From the human T2T-CHM13v2.0 reference genome, Homo sapiens: DNA of 64,000 bases. The notes beneath the pieces were generated by a model. It did no database searches. It saw only the letters and a program-made list of their open reading frames with translations, and had not been told where the DNA came from. The stretch's first letter is position 1; each line of letters begins with the position of its first letter. Shown here in pieces: positions 45,981 to 62,723 of the stretch. The position numbers and the translations under genes were made by a program. Location of the stretch: assembly GCF_009914755.1 (NCBI RefSeq), contig NC_060932.1; one strand, given 5' to 3'.

Positions 45981-46782
45981 TTTTCAAATGTGTGTGTTTA
46001 AGAGCAAAGAAGACAATGCAGAAGAGGAAGCACAGTGGGGATGGGGAGGGGCGGGGCAGACCAGGGGCCAAGGAAGGTTCAGGGATGCTGTCCCTCACCC
46101 AGGGGCATTTCAGTTCCTAAACTGAATGAAACTAGATTAAATCATGTTGGCATTCTTTTAAAAATATGTGGCAGTTTTCAGATTAGAAACTTTGCATTAG
46201 AAACTTAGGAAATATTCCCTATGGGAATGCCACTTCTTTTCTCCTTTATTTTCCATCCCAATGGGGGAAAAAAGACTATTATAGCACAGTATTATAAGAA
46301 AGAAAAAAAAAAAAACTATCCTCTTTGGAGCCTCTTCTCTAGAATAAAAAGGCATAACCTAGCAGGCATATACAAATTATTTGGAACTAAATGTAAATAC
46401 TCTTAAGTGATAAAATGGATTTGTATTTTTAAAGAAATCGTTTATTTGGCCCACTGACTTGCAAAGAAATTCTCACTTGTTAGGAACCCCTAACAGTCTA
46501 CTTAGAATATTCTTCTGCCCTCTCAAAATAACTAAAATTGAGTTAATGTCAGCAGCCAGGACAGAAGGTTTTTGTTCTTCACACAGTGTTTCCTTCAAAT
46601 ACTGAAGAGCAAGAGTGACATATAATAAGCATAAGATGTCATTCCCTCTCTCAACCTATCTCCAAACATGTCGTCTGGATAAGCCTGTACCTGGGAAAGT
46701 CAGAATCTGTTGAGAAGTCTCAAGAATGCCTGAATTCTCTATCACAAGGAGTCACAGACTGGATTCTAAAATACACAAAAGA

Positions 46783-47112
<330 letters not shown>

Positions 47113-47320
47113 TCAGTACATGGTCCTGCCACTGTCATTGTCAGATCATGAGAACACCAGAAAATAGTGGAAAGAGAGCTTGATATTTGTCATATACTTA
47201 ATTAGATACAATAGACAGATTTTTTCATTTTAGAAATAGAGTTTGAGTTGAAATGTTATGGTCACTCCACATACTGATGGGTGATTCCATGATTACAGGC
47301 TCAGGTAAAAGATCTCCAGC

Positions 47321-47483
47321 CAGTGCTTCTCAAATAACTTTATTACATACCAGAGCCACCAGGGGAGCCTGTGGAACTACAGATTCTGAGTTAGAAAGTC
47401 TGGGGTGGAGCCCAAGACTCTTGCTTTCTGGACAAGCTCCAGGTGATTTCTGATGCTGCAAGTCTGGCTTTAGATAACAGCTG
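47321..47483. mobile_element. MER5-like (hAT-Charlie)
   Basis: cagtgcttctcaaa...ggggtggagcccaag...caggtgatttctgatgctgc. Confidence 0.75.
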
Positions 47484-47604
47484 CTAAGTTTGCCTGAGGA
47501 TGAAAGCTTGAGTAAACTCTGAATACTGATGTTACAGGACTCCAGCACTTTCTAACTATATACATTTGAACATAAGAGACAGATTTTATAGCTAAAAAGG
47601 TTTG

Positions 47605-48630
47605 GCTTTTTGTATATATTTCTTATTGATACAAATATGTGTACATGTATATGGGGGCACAAATATGATACTCTATCACATGCTTACACTGTGTAATGAT
47701 CAAATTAGGGGTTTGGGGCATCTATCACCTCGAGTATTCGTCATTTCTGTGTGTTGGCATTATTCCAAGTCCTCTTTTCTAGCTATTTTGAAATCTACAA
47801 TACATTGTTGTTAACTATGGTCATCCTACACTGCTATCGAACATTAGAACTTATTCCTTCTAAGGTATGTTTGTAACCATTAACTAACCTCGTTTTATCC
47901 TCCCCCCACCCACTGACACATCTTCCCAGCACAGCCACTGTGAAAAACAGTATGGAGATTTCTCAAAACAATTAAAAACAGAATTAACATATTAATAGAT
48001 CCAGCAATCCTACTACTGGGTATTTGCCCAAATGTAAAGAAATCAGATGTCAAGGATATTTGCACGTGCGCGTTTATTGAAGCACTATTCACAATAGCAA
48101 TGATATGGAATCAACCTATATTCATTAATAGTTGAATAAAGAAAATTGTGGTATATATACACAATTTATTACTACTTGGCCATAAAAAAATGAATCTTGT
48201 CATTTGCAGCAACATGGGTGGAACTAGAGGTCATTATGTTAAGTGAAATAAGCTAGGAACAGAAATACAACTGTCACACGTTCTCACTCAAGTGGAGCTA
48301 AAAACTGTAGATCTCGTGAAGAGAGAGTAAAATCACAAATTCCGTGTTATACACATTCTACCACAATTTAAAAAAAAAAATGATCACATAATTATAAGAG
48401 GTGAGATTGTCACTCACACTTTAAATTACTGCCAGAGGCTGGGAAGAGGAGGAGTTGAGCGGGGGTGGGGGTAGGAATAAAGGATGGAATAAAGGTGGAA
48501 GGGGGAATAAAGAATATATTTATTACAAAGGAAGTGTACATTTCAAATGGTACAGATGGTAAATTATATACATATATTTTGTCTCAATTAAAAAATATAA
48601 AAACTATAAAAAATTAAATGTTAAAAATAA
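47605..48630. mobile_element. L1MA/PB 3' fragments in opposite orientations
   Basis: Minus-strand 3' end at about 47605-47930, then plus-strand 3' UTR at about 47930-48630. Confidence 0.8.
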
Positions 48631-50019
48631 AAGATTTTGTTTTTTGTTTTTCTGAGACCCTAACAGTTCACAAAGCAGGCAAGTTCAGATAGGACAAAAC
48701 CGGCTGTGTCACAACAGGGTGTGCACATGCTTGGTCTTTTCAACGGGATAATTATTTCGACTCTGGAATAATAATAATAATAATAAACAGAGTCCAGAAT
48801 AATGGCTCAGTAATAAGAGAATGAAAGCAGGCCATTCTTACTAAAAGTATTAACAATGTATTTGAGAGTACAGTGGTCTCTATGGTGAGATTACTGGAAG
48901 ATTAAAGAGGTGTCATCCAAGCTAAATGTTTCCAATTTGCTGAATGAGTTTAAAGACAGCTCTACAGGGGTGCATAAACACAAGCGACTGTCACAACCCT
49001 AAAAGGAATAAATGAACTGGTGGACTACATTTTAATGTGGAAAAAACTTCCACAATGCTTACACAGCTATTCCTGGCAATGAGAGGCTCATATGAAACAC
49101 TTTTCCTTAAGGGAATGGGAGTTTCTAGAGAACAGTAGGCACTTATTTAAAATTAATATTGGACCACAAACTTCTATCATCAGCAAGCTGAGACCTAACA
49201 AACAAGATCAAAATACCAAGTCATACATTTAGGCAGCTAAACTTGCTTTTAAACTGTAATAAGCTAATTAGATGCATTCAGTGGGTCAACCATTAAAAAA
49301 AATATACACTGCACAAATCTTGTCAATTTTTCATTAAATTTTATTAAGAAACAAGAGTCCTGTGCCAAAAGTGATAGCATCACCATCTGAACCTGCTACT
49401 CTGGTTAAGAAATGACATTTCCAATTCCAAATTTCACATACTTTCCTTTATAAAGACAATAGCAGAAGACCAATGCTACATGTAAACTCAATAGTAGCCC
49501 ATTATCTTGAAACCAAATCAGTGTGTGGAAAGCTTCAAAACCATTTCTTTGCCTTTTGGCACAAGACTGAAGACATGAGATTTTTTTTAACATCTGACCA
49601 TAATAACTGCTGTATTAATCACTGTGAAGGCTCCTTGTTGACTTTTCTCAGAGTTTTATAAAACATCGCTATCAAACAGGTATTTATCAAAATAGGCATA
49701 TAATTTTATTTATTCCAGGAAGCTCTCTCAGTGTTAAAAGGATAAGATAATTAACGTTTAGATGGAAAGAGAGCATGGGATGGAAAAATGCTCTCCTGAA
49801 ACACAGCCAGATCTATGAAACCATACAATTACTGTCATGTCATCTCTGAAAGATCAAGTTAACAATGTGTATGATTTAATAATCTTACTTAATATGGCCA
49901 GGAATGCTAACAAATCGCCAAGCCAATTTGTTCTTATTCTTACGCAGGTAGCTAGACTACACCTCCCAGGCTCCTTTGCAGTTAGATGTGGCCATGTGAC
50001 TAAGTTCTAGACAAAAGAA

Positions 50020-50025
<6 letters not shown>

Positions 50026-50079
<54 letters not shown>

Positions 50080-50085
50080 ATATAA
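50026..50085. repeat. (TA)n microsatellite
   Basis: Direct inspection. Confidence 0.97.
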
Positions 50086-50220
50086 CATGAGGGAGACATA
50101 AAGATTGTTGCCAATAGCCACTGAGATTTTGGGAGTTACTGATGGAAACATATTGCCAAATATAGCTTCAGATGTATTTCTTCAAATTCCTCTTTTAAAA
50201 TGATCATATCCCCAGGTAAG

Positions 50221-50358
50221 AGTTTTGGAAACAGATAGTGGTGATGGTTACACAATGATGTGAATATGATGAATACAACTGAACTGTATACTTAAAAATG
50301 GTTAAAATCACAAATTATATCTTATATACACATATTCTACCATAATTAAAAAAAAAAA
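50221..50358 (+). mobile_element. Short L1M 3' end
   Basis: gatagtggtgatggttacaca...gaactgtatacttaaaaatggttaaaat plus poly-A. Confidence 0.8.
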
Positions 50359-50584
50359 TGATCACTTAATTATAAGAGTTGAAATAAGTTGGAACCATGA
50401 TTAAGAAGTATTTTAAATACTCTTTCCTGAAAATATAAGCAAGACCTTTGTGTCCAGACTTGTTCAGAAAATGCTCTAAGTGAAGAAGAGGAAGCCCTGG
50501 GAGAGGCAGGCCTGGTTAGGTTGTCACAATAAGGAGGGTAATTGTCAGCAGGAGGAGAGATGCTGGGACCAAGAATATATCACA

Positions 50585-51245
50585 GATCCTTCAATTGCAC
50601 TCCCAGGTATTTACCCAAATGAGCTGAAAACTTATGACCACACAAAACCCTGTAGTGAATGGTCATAGTGGCTTTATTCATGATCACCAAAAACAAGAAA
50701 CCACCAAGATGTCATTCAGTAGGTGAATGGATAATAAACTGTGGTACATCCAGACAGTGGAATATTATTCAGCACTAAAAAGAAATGAACTAGCAAGCTG
50801 TGAAAAAACACAAAGAAACTTTAAATGCATATTATTGACAAAAGCCAATCTGAAAAGCCAAAATACTGTAAGATCTCAACTATGTGACATTCTGGAAAAG
50901 ACAAAATTATGGAGACAGTAAAAAGATCAATGGTTACCAAGGGCTGAGGGGGAGGCAAGCAGGAATGACTAGGTTGGGGTGCTGGTGATTTTTAGGGCAG
51001 TGAAAGTATTCTGTATGATACTGCAATGGTGGCTACATATTATGCATCTGTCAAAATCCATTGAACTGGACAACACTAATAAAAACTACAGACTTTAGTT
51101 AATAATAATGTCTCAGCATTAACCAAATGTAACAAATGTACCATATGAATTTAAGGTGTTAATAATAAGGGAAACTAGGGGCGTGAAGGAACTCTGCACT
51201 ATTTGTTCAATTTTCTGTAAACCCAAAACTGCCCTAAAATACAAA
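50585..51245 (+). mobile_element. L1MC-like 3' region
   Basis: ggtatttacccaaatgagctgaaaactta...ttttctgtaaacccaaaactg. Confidence 0.8.
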
Positions 51246-51250
51246 GACTA

Positions 51251-51908
<658 letters not shown>

Positions 51909-52024
51909 ACTTCTCCTAGTCTGCCTGGGGTAAAATACTCAAGCACCAAAACTCATCTGCTTGGACTATGGTCAAGGCTTCCTAAGTATCTGAAGTAGCA
52001 CCAAAGAAAGCATGTTTACATGTA

Positions 52025-54824
52025 CAGGCATACTCCTGTTTTACTGCACTCCACTTCATTGCACTTCACAGTATGTTTTTTACAAACTGAAGGTTTATGG
52101 CAACACTGTGTCCAGAAAGTCTATCTATTAGTGCCATTATTCCAGCAGCACATGCTCACTTTGTGTCTCTGCATCACATTTTGCTAATTCTCTCATTATT
52201 TCAAACTTTTTCATTATTATTATATCTGTTATGGTCATCTGTGATCAGTGACCTTTGATGTTACTATTGTAATTGTTTTGGGATGCCACAAACGACACCC
52301 ATACAGGATGGCAAACTCAATCGATAAATGTTTGTGCTCTGACTGTTCCACAAACTGGCCATTCTCTCATCTCTCTCCCTCTCCTCAGGCCTCCCTATTT
52401 GATGAGACACAACAATATGGAAATTAGGCCAATTAATGTCCCTACGATGGCCTCTAGGTGTTCAAATGACAGGAAGAGTAGCACATCTTTCACTTTAAAT
52501 CAAAAGCTAGAAATGATTAAGCTTAGCGAGAAAGGCATGTCAATAGTCTCTGTAGGCCAAAAACCAGACCGCCTGCACCTGCCAGGTTTTGAATGCAAAG
52601 AAAAAGTTCTTGAAGCTTCGAAATTACAAGTGCTACTCCAGTGAACACATGAATGATAAGAGGGCAAAAACAGCCTTATTGCTGATATGGACAAAGTTTG
52701 AATGCTCTGGATAGAAGTTCAAACCAGCTACAACACTCCCTCAAGCCAAAGCCTAATCCAGGGCAAGGTCCTACCTCTCTTCAATTCTATGAAGGCTAAG
52801 AAAGGTGAGGAAGCTGCAGAAGAAGTCTGAAGCTAGCAGAGGTTGGTTCATGAGGATTAAGGAAAGAAGCCATCTCCATAACATAAATGTATAAGGTGAA
52901 GCAGCAAGTGCTGATAGGGAAGCTGCAGCAAACTATCCAGAAGATCTAGCTAAGATAATTTATGAAGGTAGCTGATATGGTTTAGATCTGTGTTCCCATC
53001 CAAATCTCATGTCAAATTGTAATCCCCAGTGTTGGAGGAGGGGCCTGCTGGGAGGTGATTAGATCATAGGGGCAGATTTCTCCCTTGCTGTTCTCACAAT
53101 AGTGAGTTCTCAAGAGATCTGATTGTTTAAAAGTGTGTAACACCTCCCCACTTTGCTCTCTTCCTCCTGTTCCGCCCATCTAAGACGTCCCTGCTTCCCC
53201 TTTGCCTTCCACCATGATTCTAAGTTTCCTGAGGCCTCCCCAGCCATACTTCCTGTACGGTCTGTGAAACTGTGAGCCAATTAAACCTTTTCTTTATAAA
53301 TTACCCAGTCTCAGGTAGCTCTTTACAGCAATGCAAGAACAAACTAAAACGGTAGCTACACTAAACAACAGATTGTCTATGTAAATGAAACAGCCTTTTA
53401 TTGGAAGAAAATGCCCTCTAGAACTTGCAAAGTTAGAGAGGAGAAGTCAATGCCTGGCTTCAATGCTTCAATGGACAGGCTGACTCTCTTCTTAGGAGCT
53501 AATGTAGCCAGTGACCTTAAGTTGAATCCAATGCTCATTATCATTTCAAAAGTTCTAAAGCCCTTAAGAATGATGCTAAATAAATCTACTCTGCCTGTGC
53601 TCTAGAAATGGAATAACAACGCCTGGATGACAGCCCATCTGTTTATAATATGGTTTACTGAATATTTTCAGCCCACTGTTGAGAGCTACTGCTCAGATAA
53701 AGATTTCTTTTCCAAATATTACTGCTCATTTACAATGCACCTAGTCATCAAGAGCTCCGATGGAGATGTACAAGGAGATGAATGTTGTTTTCATGCCTGC
53801 TAATACAACATACATTCTGCATACCATGGATCAATGAGTAATTCCTATTTTCAAGTCTTATTATTTAAGAAATCCATTTTGTAAGGCTACTGTGGCCAAT
53901 CTGCCAGAGATTGCTCGGGTGGGTCTGGGCAAAGTACATTAAAAACCTTCTGGAAAGGATTCACCATTCTAGATGCCATTAAGAAAGTTCATGTTTCATG
54001 GGAGGAGGTTAAAACATAGCATAACAGGAGTTTGGAAGAGGGTGATTCCAGCCTTCATGGATTACTCTGAGAGGCTTAAGACTTCAGTGGAGGAAATAAC
54101 TGCAGATGTGGCAGAAATAGCAAGGGAACTATTACAGAATTACAAGTGGAGCCTGGATATGTGATTGAATAGCTGCAATCTCATGATAACACTTGAAGGG
54201 ATAAGGAGTTGCTTCTTATAGATGAGCAAAGATGAAATCTACTCCTGGTGAAGATGCCGTAAACACTGTTGAAATAACAACAAAGAATTTAGAATATTAC
54301 ATAAACTTAGTTGATAAAGCAGCAGCAGGGTTTGAGAGTTTTGACTCCAGTTTTGAAAGAAGTTCTACTGTGGGTAAAATGCTATCAAACAGCATTGTAT
54401 GCTACAGAGAAATTTTTTTGTGAAAGGAAGAGCCCATCAATTGCCACGGCCAGCTCAACCTTCAGCAGCTACCTCCCTGATCAGTCAGCAGCCATTCTCA
54501 TTGAGGCAAGACCCTCCAGCAACAAAAAACATTAGGACTCACTGAAGACTCACTGACCGTTAGCATTTCTTGGCAATAAAGTATTTTTAAACTGAGGTAA
54601 GTGCACAATTTTGTTTTGTTTTGTTTTGTTTTGGGGGCGAGGGTATATACACAATTTTTTAGACATAATGCCTATTGTGCATTTAAAAGACTACAGTATA
54701 GTGTAAACATAACTCTTACATACACTGGGAAACCAAAAAATGTGTGTGAGTCGCTTTATTGCTATATTTGCTTTAATTATGGCTGTCTGGAATCAAACCC
54801 ACAATATCTCCCAAGGTATTCCAG
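52025..54824 (+). mobile_element. Tigger1 DNA transposon, near full length, transposase disrupted
   Basis: ta|caggcatac 5' TIR and caatatctcccaaggtattccag 3' end. Transposase remnants (LNQKLEMIKLSEKGMS, EEKSMPGF..SMDRLTL.LGAN) in short ORFs. Confidence 0.93.
52973..53351 (+). mobile_element. MSTA-like (MaLR) solo LTR nested in Tigger1
   Basis: tgatatggtttagatctgtgttccc... with 5-bp TSD gtagc. Confidence 0.9.
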
Positions 54825-55099
54825 CAGTTCCAATGGAAAGGCTAAGCTCATAATAAAGGAAATAACGGCCCTATTATAATATCAAATGCCATTATTAATG
54901 CAAAGTAGACAATCGCCTGACCAACTGTAGCTAAATTCTTGGCATTTATGAAAAAACAAACAAACAAACAAAAAACACAATGTTTTGAATATCTGGCCAA
55001 GCTAGAGATGCTGCAAATGATGGGAGGGTATTACCATCTGCAAAGAACCTTCCACCACAGGTGAGGGAGGTTCACAAAACTGGATGGTGGTCTAACATC

Positions 55100-55402
<303 letters not shown>

Positions 55403-56207
55403 TCTAACATCTTTTTAAAATGAAACAGAAACAGATATCTATTGAATGCAGAAGTAGAACAAGTTTAAGGCCTACATTTAATTCTTAAAGTCTCTTTTCT
55501 TGGCAAATATTTGGTGAAAACAGCCTATCAAGATGACAAACCTATTATGGCCCAATGATACAACAAATACTGGCAGCCCTAGTTCCTTTCTGTGGATTTC
55601 TAAGAAGGCAGGCATGGGCCCCAGCATCTTCTCTAAGTAGTGTTCTAAACATTTAACCTGCATGTTTATCAAAACACGCAATTTTAAATTTAGATTCTTG
55701 ATAAAGAGGATTTGATTTAGAAAGATAATCCTCTGGGGAAATCTCGCCTCCAAATTTTAAGAACTGAAAATCAAAGGGCACAAATTGCAGAAGGGGGCAA
55801 AGTGACACACAGAAACAAGCTCTGAAATAAACCAAAGTAATATCTTAGTGTGAAGATGATTGCTTTAAATAAGCTGATCCAAGCCCTAATTATTTTCTCT
55901 GGCAATTTCTTACTCTTAAACAAAAACAGAAACACTATTCATACTCCCCTTTACAGATTGTACTCTGCTGCTTATGAACAAGCAGACAAAGAGAAGCAAA
56001 AAGGCAACAGCACCTTCAGCATTTCTCTCTAAAAACCAATTGTTTTCGGAACAGAAACTAGAATCTGCCTCACTGAAAAACCCTACCTGAAACCAGGTTC
56101 ATACTGGCTGCTGGATAAAGGACTTTTCAGCAGGTGGCATCTCAGAAATTACTTACTAAGTCAGCTCTTTCCAGTCACCTAGCTAGCCAAAGTTTATTAG
56201 GTCATTT

Positions 56208-56591
56208 GTACAGTCAGGGTTCTCATATCTCACAATTATGGAGGCTAAGTAAGAGGTCCCAAGACCTGCAGTTAGTAAGCTGGAGACCCAGAAGAAACTG
56301 TGGCATTAGATTCTAGTTCAAGCCTGGGTCCAAAGGCAGGAGAAGACCAATGTCCCAGCTGGAAGACAGTCAGAGAGAGGTTCCCTCTTTCCCAGCCATT
56401 TTGTTCCAATCAGGCCTTCAATGATAGGATGAGGCCCATCCACATTCGGAGAAGTCAATCTGCTTTACTCAGTCTACCAATTCAAATGTTGATTTCATCC
56501 AAAAACAGCCTCAGACACACCCAAAATATTTGACCAAATGTCTGGGCACCCCATGGCACAGTCAAGTCCACACATACATTTAACCGTTACA
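56208..56591 (-). mobile_element. MLT2 (ERVL) LTR
   Basis: ggatgaggcccatccacatt...ctgctttactcagtctaccaattcaaatgtt. Confidence 0.8.
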
Positions 56592-56754
56592 TCATTCCTG
56601 AGCTCAGAGTGTTGCCATACCAAGTGTTACAGTGAGATATTTACTATTGAACGTATTAGCAGCAGGGACCCAGACAACAACATATTTAAAAGAGAAGAAA
56701 AGATGTATGGGAAGAGAAATAATGTAGATAACAGATAAACATAATAAAGAATTA

Positions 56755-57050
<296 letters not shown>

Positions 57051-57062
57051 GAATTAAGCAAC

Positions 57063-57472
57063 TGTGTTAATCTGTTTGCATTATTAAAAAGCAATAACTG
57101 AGAGTGGGTAATTTATAAAGAAAATAGGTTTATATTTGGCTCATGGTTCTGCAGGCTGTACAGAAGCATGGCACCAGCATCTGCTTCTGTGAGGGTCGCA
57201 GGAAGCTTCCACTCATAGCGGAAGGTGAAGGGAAGGCAGGCGCATCACATGGTGAGAGAAGGAACAAGAGAGGGACCAGGTTCTTTGAAACAGCCAGCTC
57301 TCGTGTGAACCAACCGGGTGAGAACTCGATCATTACCAAGGGGAGGGCACAAAGTCATTCATGAAGGATCCCCCCCATGACCCAAACACCTCCCATGAGG
57401 CCACACTTCCAACACCGGGGAGTATCACATTCCAACATGAGATTTGGAGGGAACAAACACCCAAACCGTGTC
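57063..57472 (-). mobile_element. MST (MaLR) solo LTR
   Basis: gggtaatttataaagaaaataggttta...catgagatttggagggaacaaacacccaaaccgtgtca. Confidence 0.88.
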
Positions 57473-57639
57473 AGCAGCCAAGTGAAATTGTGTGTGTGAG
57501 AGAGAGGCAAAGAGAAAGAGAAACAGAGGAGGAAGGCAGACAGAGAAAGAGAGTGCATGCAACTAAGCCTGTGTGCACACACTGAGGGGCTCCAGGGCAT
57601 TGGGAATGAAGGAGTACAACTCGACTCACAATAGGAATT

Positions 57640-58121
57640 GCAGCATGTCCTAGTTATCTAAAACAAATTACTCCAAAACTCAGCAGCTTAAAACATTGAA
57701 CATTTACCATCTCACAGATTCTGAAGGTCAGGCATGAGGGAGCAGCTTAGCTGAGTGGTTCTGGCTCCGGATTTCCCCTGGGGTTGCAGGCAAGCCCTCA
57801 GGCAGGGTTGTAATCTCCAAAGGCTTGCTTCCAAGCTCACTCACTTTCAAGCTCATTCACGTAGCTACTGAGGAGCCTTTTTCTCCTCTCGATGTTGACC
57901 TCTTTATGGACCTGATCACTACATGTCAGCTGGTTTTCCAGAGAAAGTGGTTGACAGAGAAAGAGACCCCTAGATGGAAGCCACTGTCCTTTATCTTAGA
58001 AGTGACATATCATTTCTGCTATATTCTACTGGTCACACAGACTAAACCTGGTAACACGTGGGAGGCAACTACACGAGTGTGAAGACCAGATCATCACAAA
58101 CCATGCTGGAGGCTGGCTACA
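57640..58121 (-). mobile_element. MLT1 (MaLR) LTR
   Basis: aacaaattactccaaaactcagcagcttaaaaca...ctggaggctggctaca. Confidence 0.75.
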
Positions 58122-58174
58122 GAGGGTAGCAGAAAAATACCTCGCAAATAGAAAAGGCCTTTTAGAACATCGTG

Positions 58175-58765
58175 TTGTGATATTGCAAAATATATATTTG
58201 GTCTGTCCCCGTTTCCTGACATAGAGCTCCTAAAATCTTTGGAATCTCCAGAGTGATCAGAGTGTCTTTGCGTATTAATGAGATAATTAGTAGCTGGGGG
58301 TTCCTAGATAGCCTCAAGATGGGGTCTGGTGGCCAGGGGAACCAACCATGTGATTAGAGGGCCGGAAATTTCAGTCCCACTCCCAACTTGTTGGGAGGGG
58401 AGAGGGGCTTACAGTTGAATCGATTAACCAACAGCCAATGATTTAATCAACCATGCCTATGTAATAAAGTTTCCACAAACAAACAACAACAACAACAAAA
58501 CAGTTCTGGGAGCTTCCAGATGGCTGAACCCATGGACGTTCCTGGAGAACGGCATGCTCAAAGGAGACATGGAAGCTCCATGCCCCTTCTCCCACACCTC
58601 GCCCTATGCACCTCTTCCATCAAACTGTGCATATTTATCCTCTGGCATATCCTTTTTAATAAATGGGTAAACATCAGTAAAGTGTTTCCCTGAGTTCTGT
58701 GAACCACTCTCCAGCAAACTGATCAAACCCAAGGAGGGGAGTCATGGAAACCCCAATTTACAGGC
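58175..58765 (+). mobile_element. MER21-like LTR
   Basis: tatatttggtctgtccccgtttcctgacatagagctcctaaaa...gtaaagtgtttccctgagttctgtga. Confidence 0.75.
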
Positions 58766-60350
58766 AATGTTAAAAAAAAATTCTAATTGAGTCTGACTGA
58801 CTAGCTCTGTCACTTTAAATTTGTGTGTGAACAAACCAAAGCCCAATGTAAACAGTAAACTGAAACTAGAAACTGCACCAATCAGAAATCACCAACTAAC
58901 CTCTAACTAGAAACTTTCCACTCTAACCAATCAAAATTGGTTTCATTTGTGTTGCTTCTGCAAATACTTTATAAAAGTTTCCCCTCTTGCCCCTGTGGGC
59001 AGAGTGCTAGCCCCTTGTGGTCTGATGCTACCCCATTCACAAACTGCTGAATGCTCAACTAAACTGCTGAAAATGTAAATGTGCTTAAGATTTTCTTTTA
59101 TCAGATCTGATATCAGAAGTGGGATCCAATGGACACTACATGATAATGACCTCTGGGAGCAACAAGCAAACAGATACAGTTACCCCACAGAGCCCCTTGT
59201 GCTTACTCCCTGCACATTTGGAGGTCATCACCAGTAAGTAGACTTAGATACGTGCATTCTAACACTAGCGTCAAGTTCTCCAAGTTCATTTTAACATTTC
59301 TGCTCCAGACTAGGTTTGGAAGTCACAGCAGAAACAAGACTGGGTTTTGCAGGGAGGCTTCAGGTGTCCAACTAGGTTAGACAAAAACCAAACTGGGTTA
59401 AGCAAAAGACCTCCACTAGGAAAGGTTCCACGAAGACTGGAAATAATGAGTTTATTTAAATCCAGAGTCTGGGACTCCATCTATAGTGTGACTGGTCCCC
59501 TACCAGGTTACTTAAGAGTGTATGTGTATTGCTTGAACCCCAAAAGCTAGGCAGTGAACCAAGGCCACTGCGCCCAGCCAAGGACCACGTGTCCCTGAGA
59601 ACCTAAACATCCTGGGGCATAGCTGGGGACATATCAAGGAAAACCACACAAAATTGACAAAGGGCCAGAAAATTAACTTAAAAGCAGCTTAGAAATGGGA
59701 GGTGGTGTGGATCTCTAGAGCTGTCCAGCCACCATCCAGGAGTGTCCTGAAGTTAAGTCCTAACAAGCTCATCTAGCCGTCAAGCTAGATTTATCCAAGT
59801 TATTCTTTGGTCTCCCAGCTCCTTCCCAGTTTGGGGGTGTGGGGAGAAGGATGTTATAGTCTCAAGTGCTTCTCATAATAGCATCTCAGAACCTAAGCTC
59901 TTCTAAAAGAATGGGCAAATCTTACCAAAAGCAATTTAGAATTTTAGTGGCTACAAAGTGGAAGTTTTTACCTAAACAAAATTGTTCACCTACATACACA
60001 CGTACACACACGATCTTGAACATCTCAGAAAGTGGGAAGGGCCAAGCACGGTGGCTCACACCTGTAATTTCAGCACTCTGGGAGGCTGAGGAGTTTGAGA
60101 TCAGCCGGGGGAACAGAGCAAGACCCCATCTCTATTTAAAAAAAAAAAAACAACAACAAAAAAAACAGAAATGAGAAGTATTTTTTACTGGCATGTAGAG
60201 GTTTCTAACCTCTCGTCTACTCTGAGTCTGCTGATTTTTTTTTTTTTTGCTTGTTTATCTGCATGCCCTGAAGGAAAAAGAACTAAATGAGTATTTATAG
60301 TTAGGTTCTCAGATTAACCAGGTCTGCTTCTTTTTAATAGAACATTTTTA

Positions 60351-60658
<308 letters not shown>

Positions 60659-60765
60659 TTAAAAGAAAATTTTTTACTTAATTCATTTCTTTTTGTGATA
60701 GGGTCTCCCTCTGTCACCTAGACTGGAGTGCAGAGGCATGAACACAGCTCACTGTAGACTCAACC

Positions 60766-61614
<849 letters not shown>

Positions 61615-61909
61615 TGAACTTGGCAACCTAGGTAAACATGGATTTTTTTCCTATTTTTTTGTGGGTTTTTAGATTTTTCTAGCTTTTTTGGGTACAAAGT
61701 AGGTATATATATTTATGGGGTACATGAGATGTTTTGATACAGGCATGCAATGCATAATAATCACATCATGAAGAATGGGGTGTCCATCCCCTCAAGCATT
61801 TATCCTTTGTATAACACAAAGGACAATCCAATTATATTCTTAGTTATTTTTAAATGTACAATTAAGTTATCGTTGACTGTAGTCACCCTGTTGTGCTATC
61901 AAACAGTAG

Positions 61910-62228
<319 letters not shown>

Positions 62229-62424
62229 TCAAATAGTAGGTCTTACTCGTTCTATTTTTTTTTTTTTGTACCCAGTAAACTCATGTGGATAGGACATGAG
62301 GAAAGCCAAAATGGACGCAAAAGGCAGAAGGGTATCACTCTGAAGATGATATCTGTGGCCATGAGACCCAATTTGGTTCATATATAAACCACAAAAAGCA
62401 AAAAAAAACCCCAAAAAAACATAA

Positions 62425-62723
<299 letters not shown>

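Noticed and set aside
52273-54423. Active or domesticated Tigger transposase
   Set aside because: It is fragmented by stops, frameshifts and an LTR insertion.
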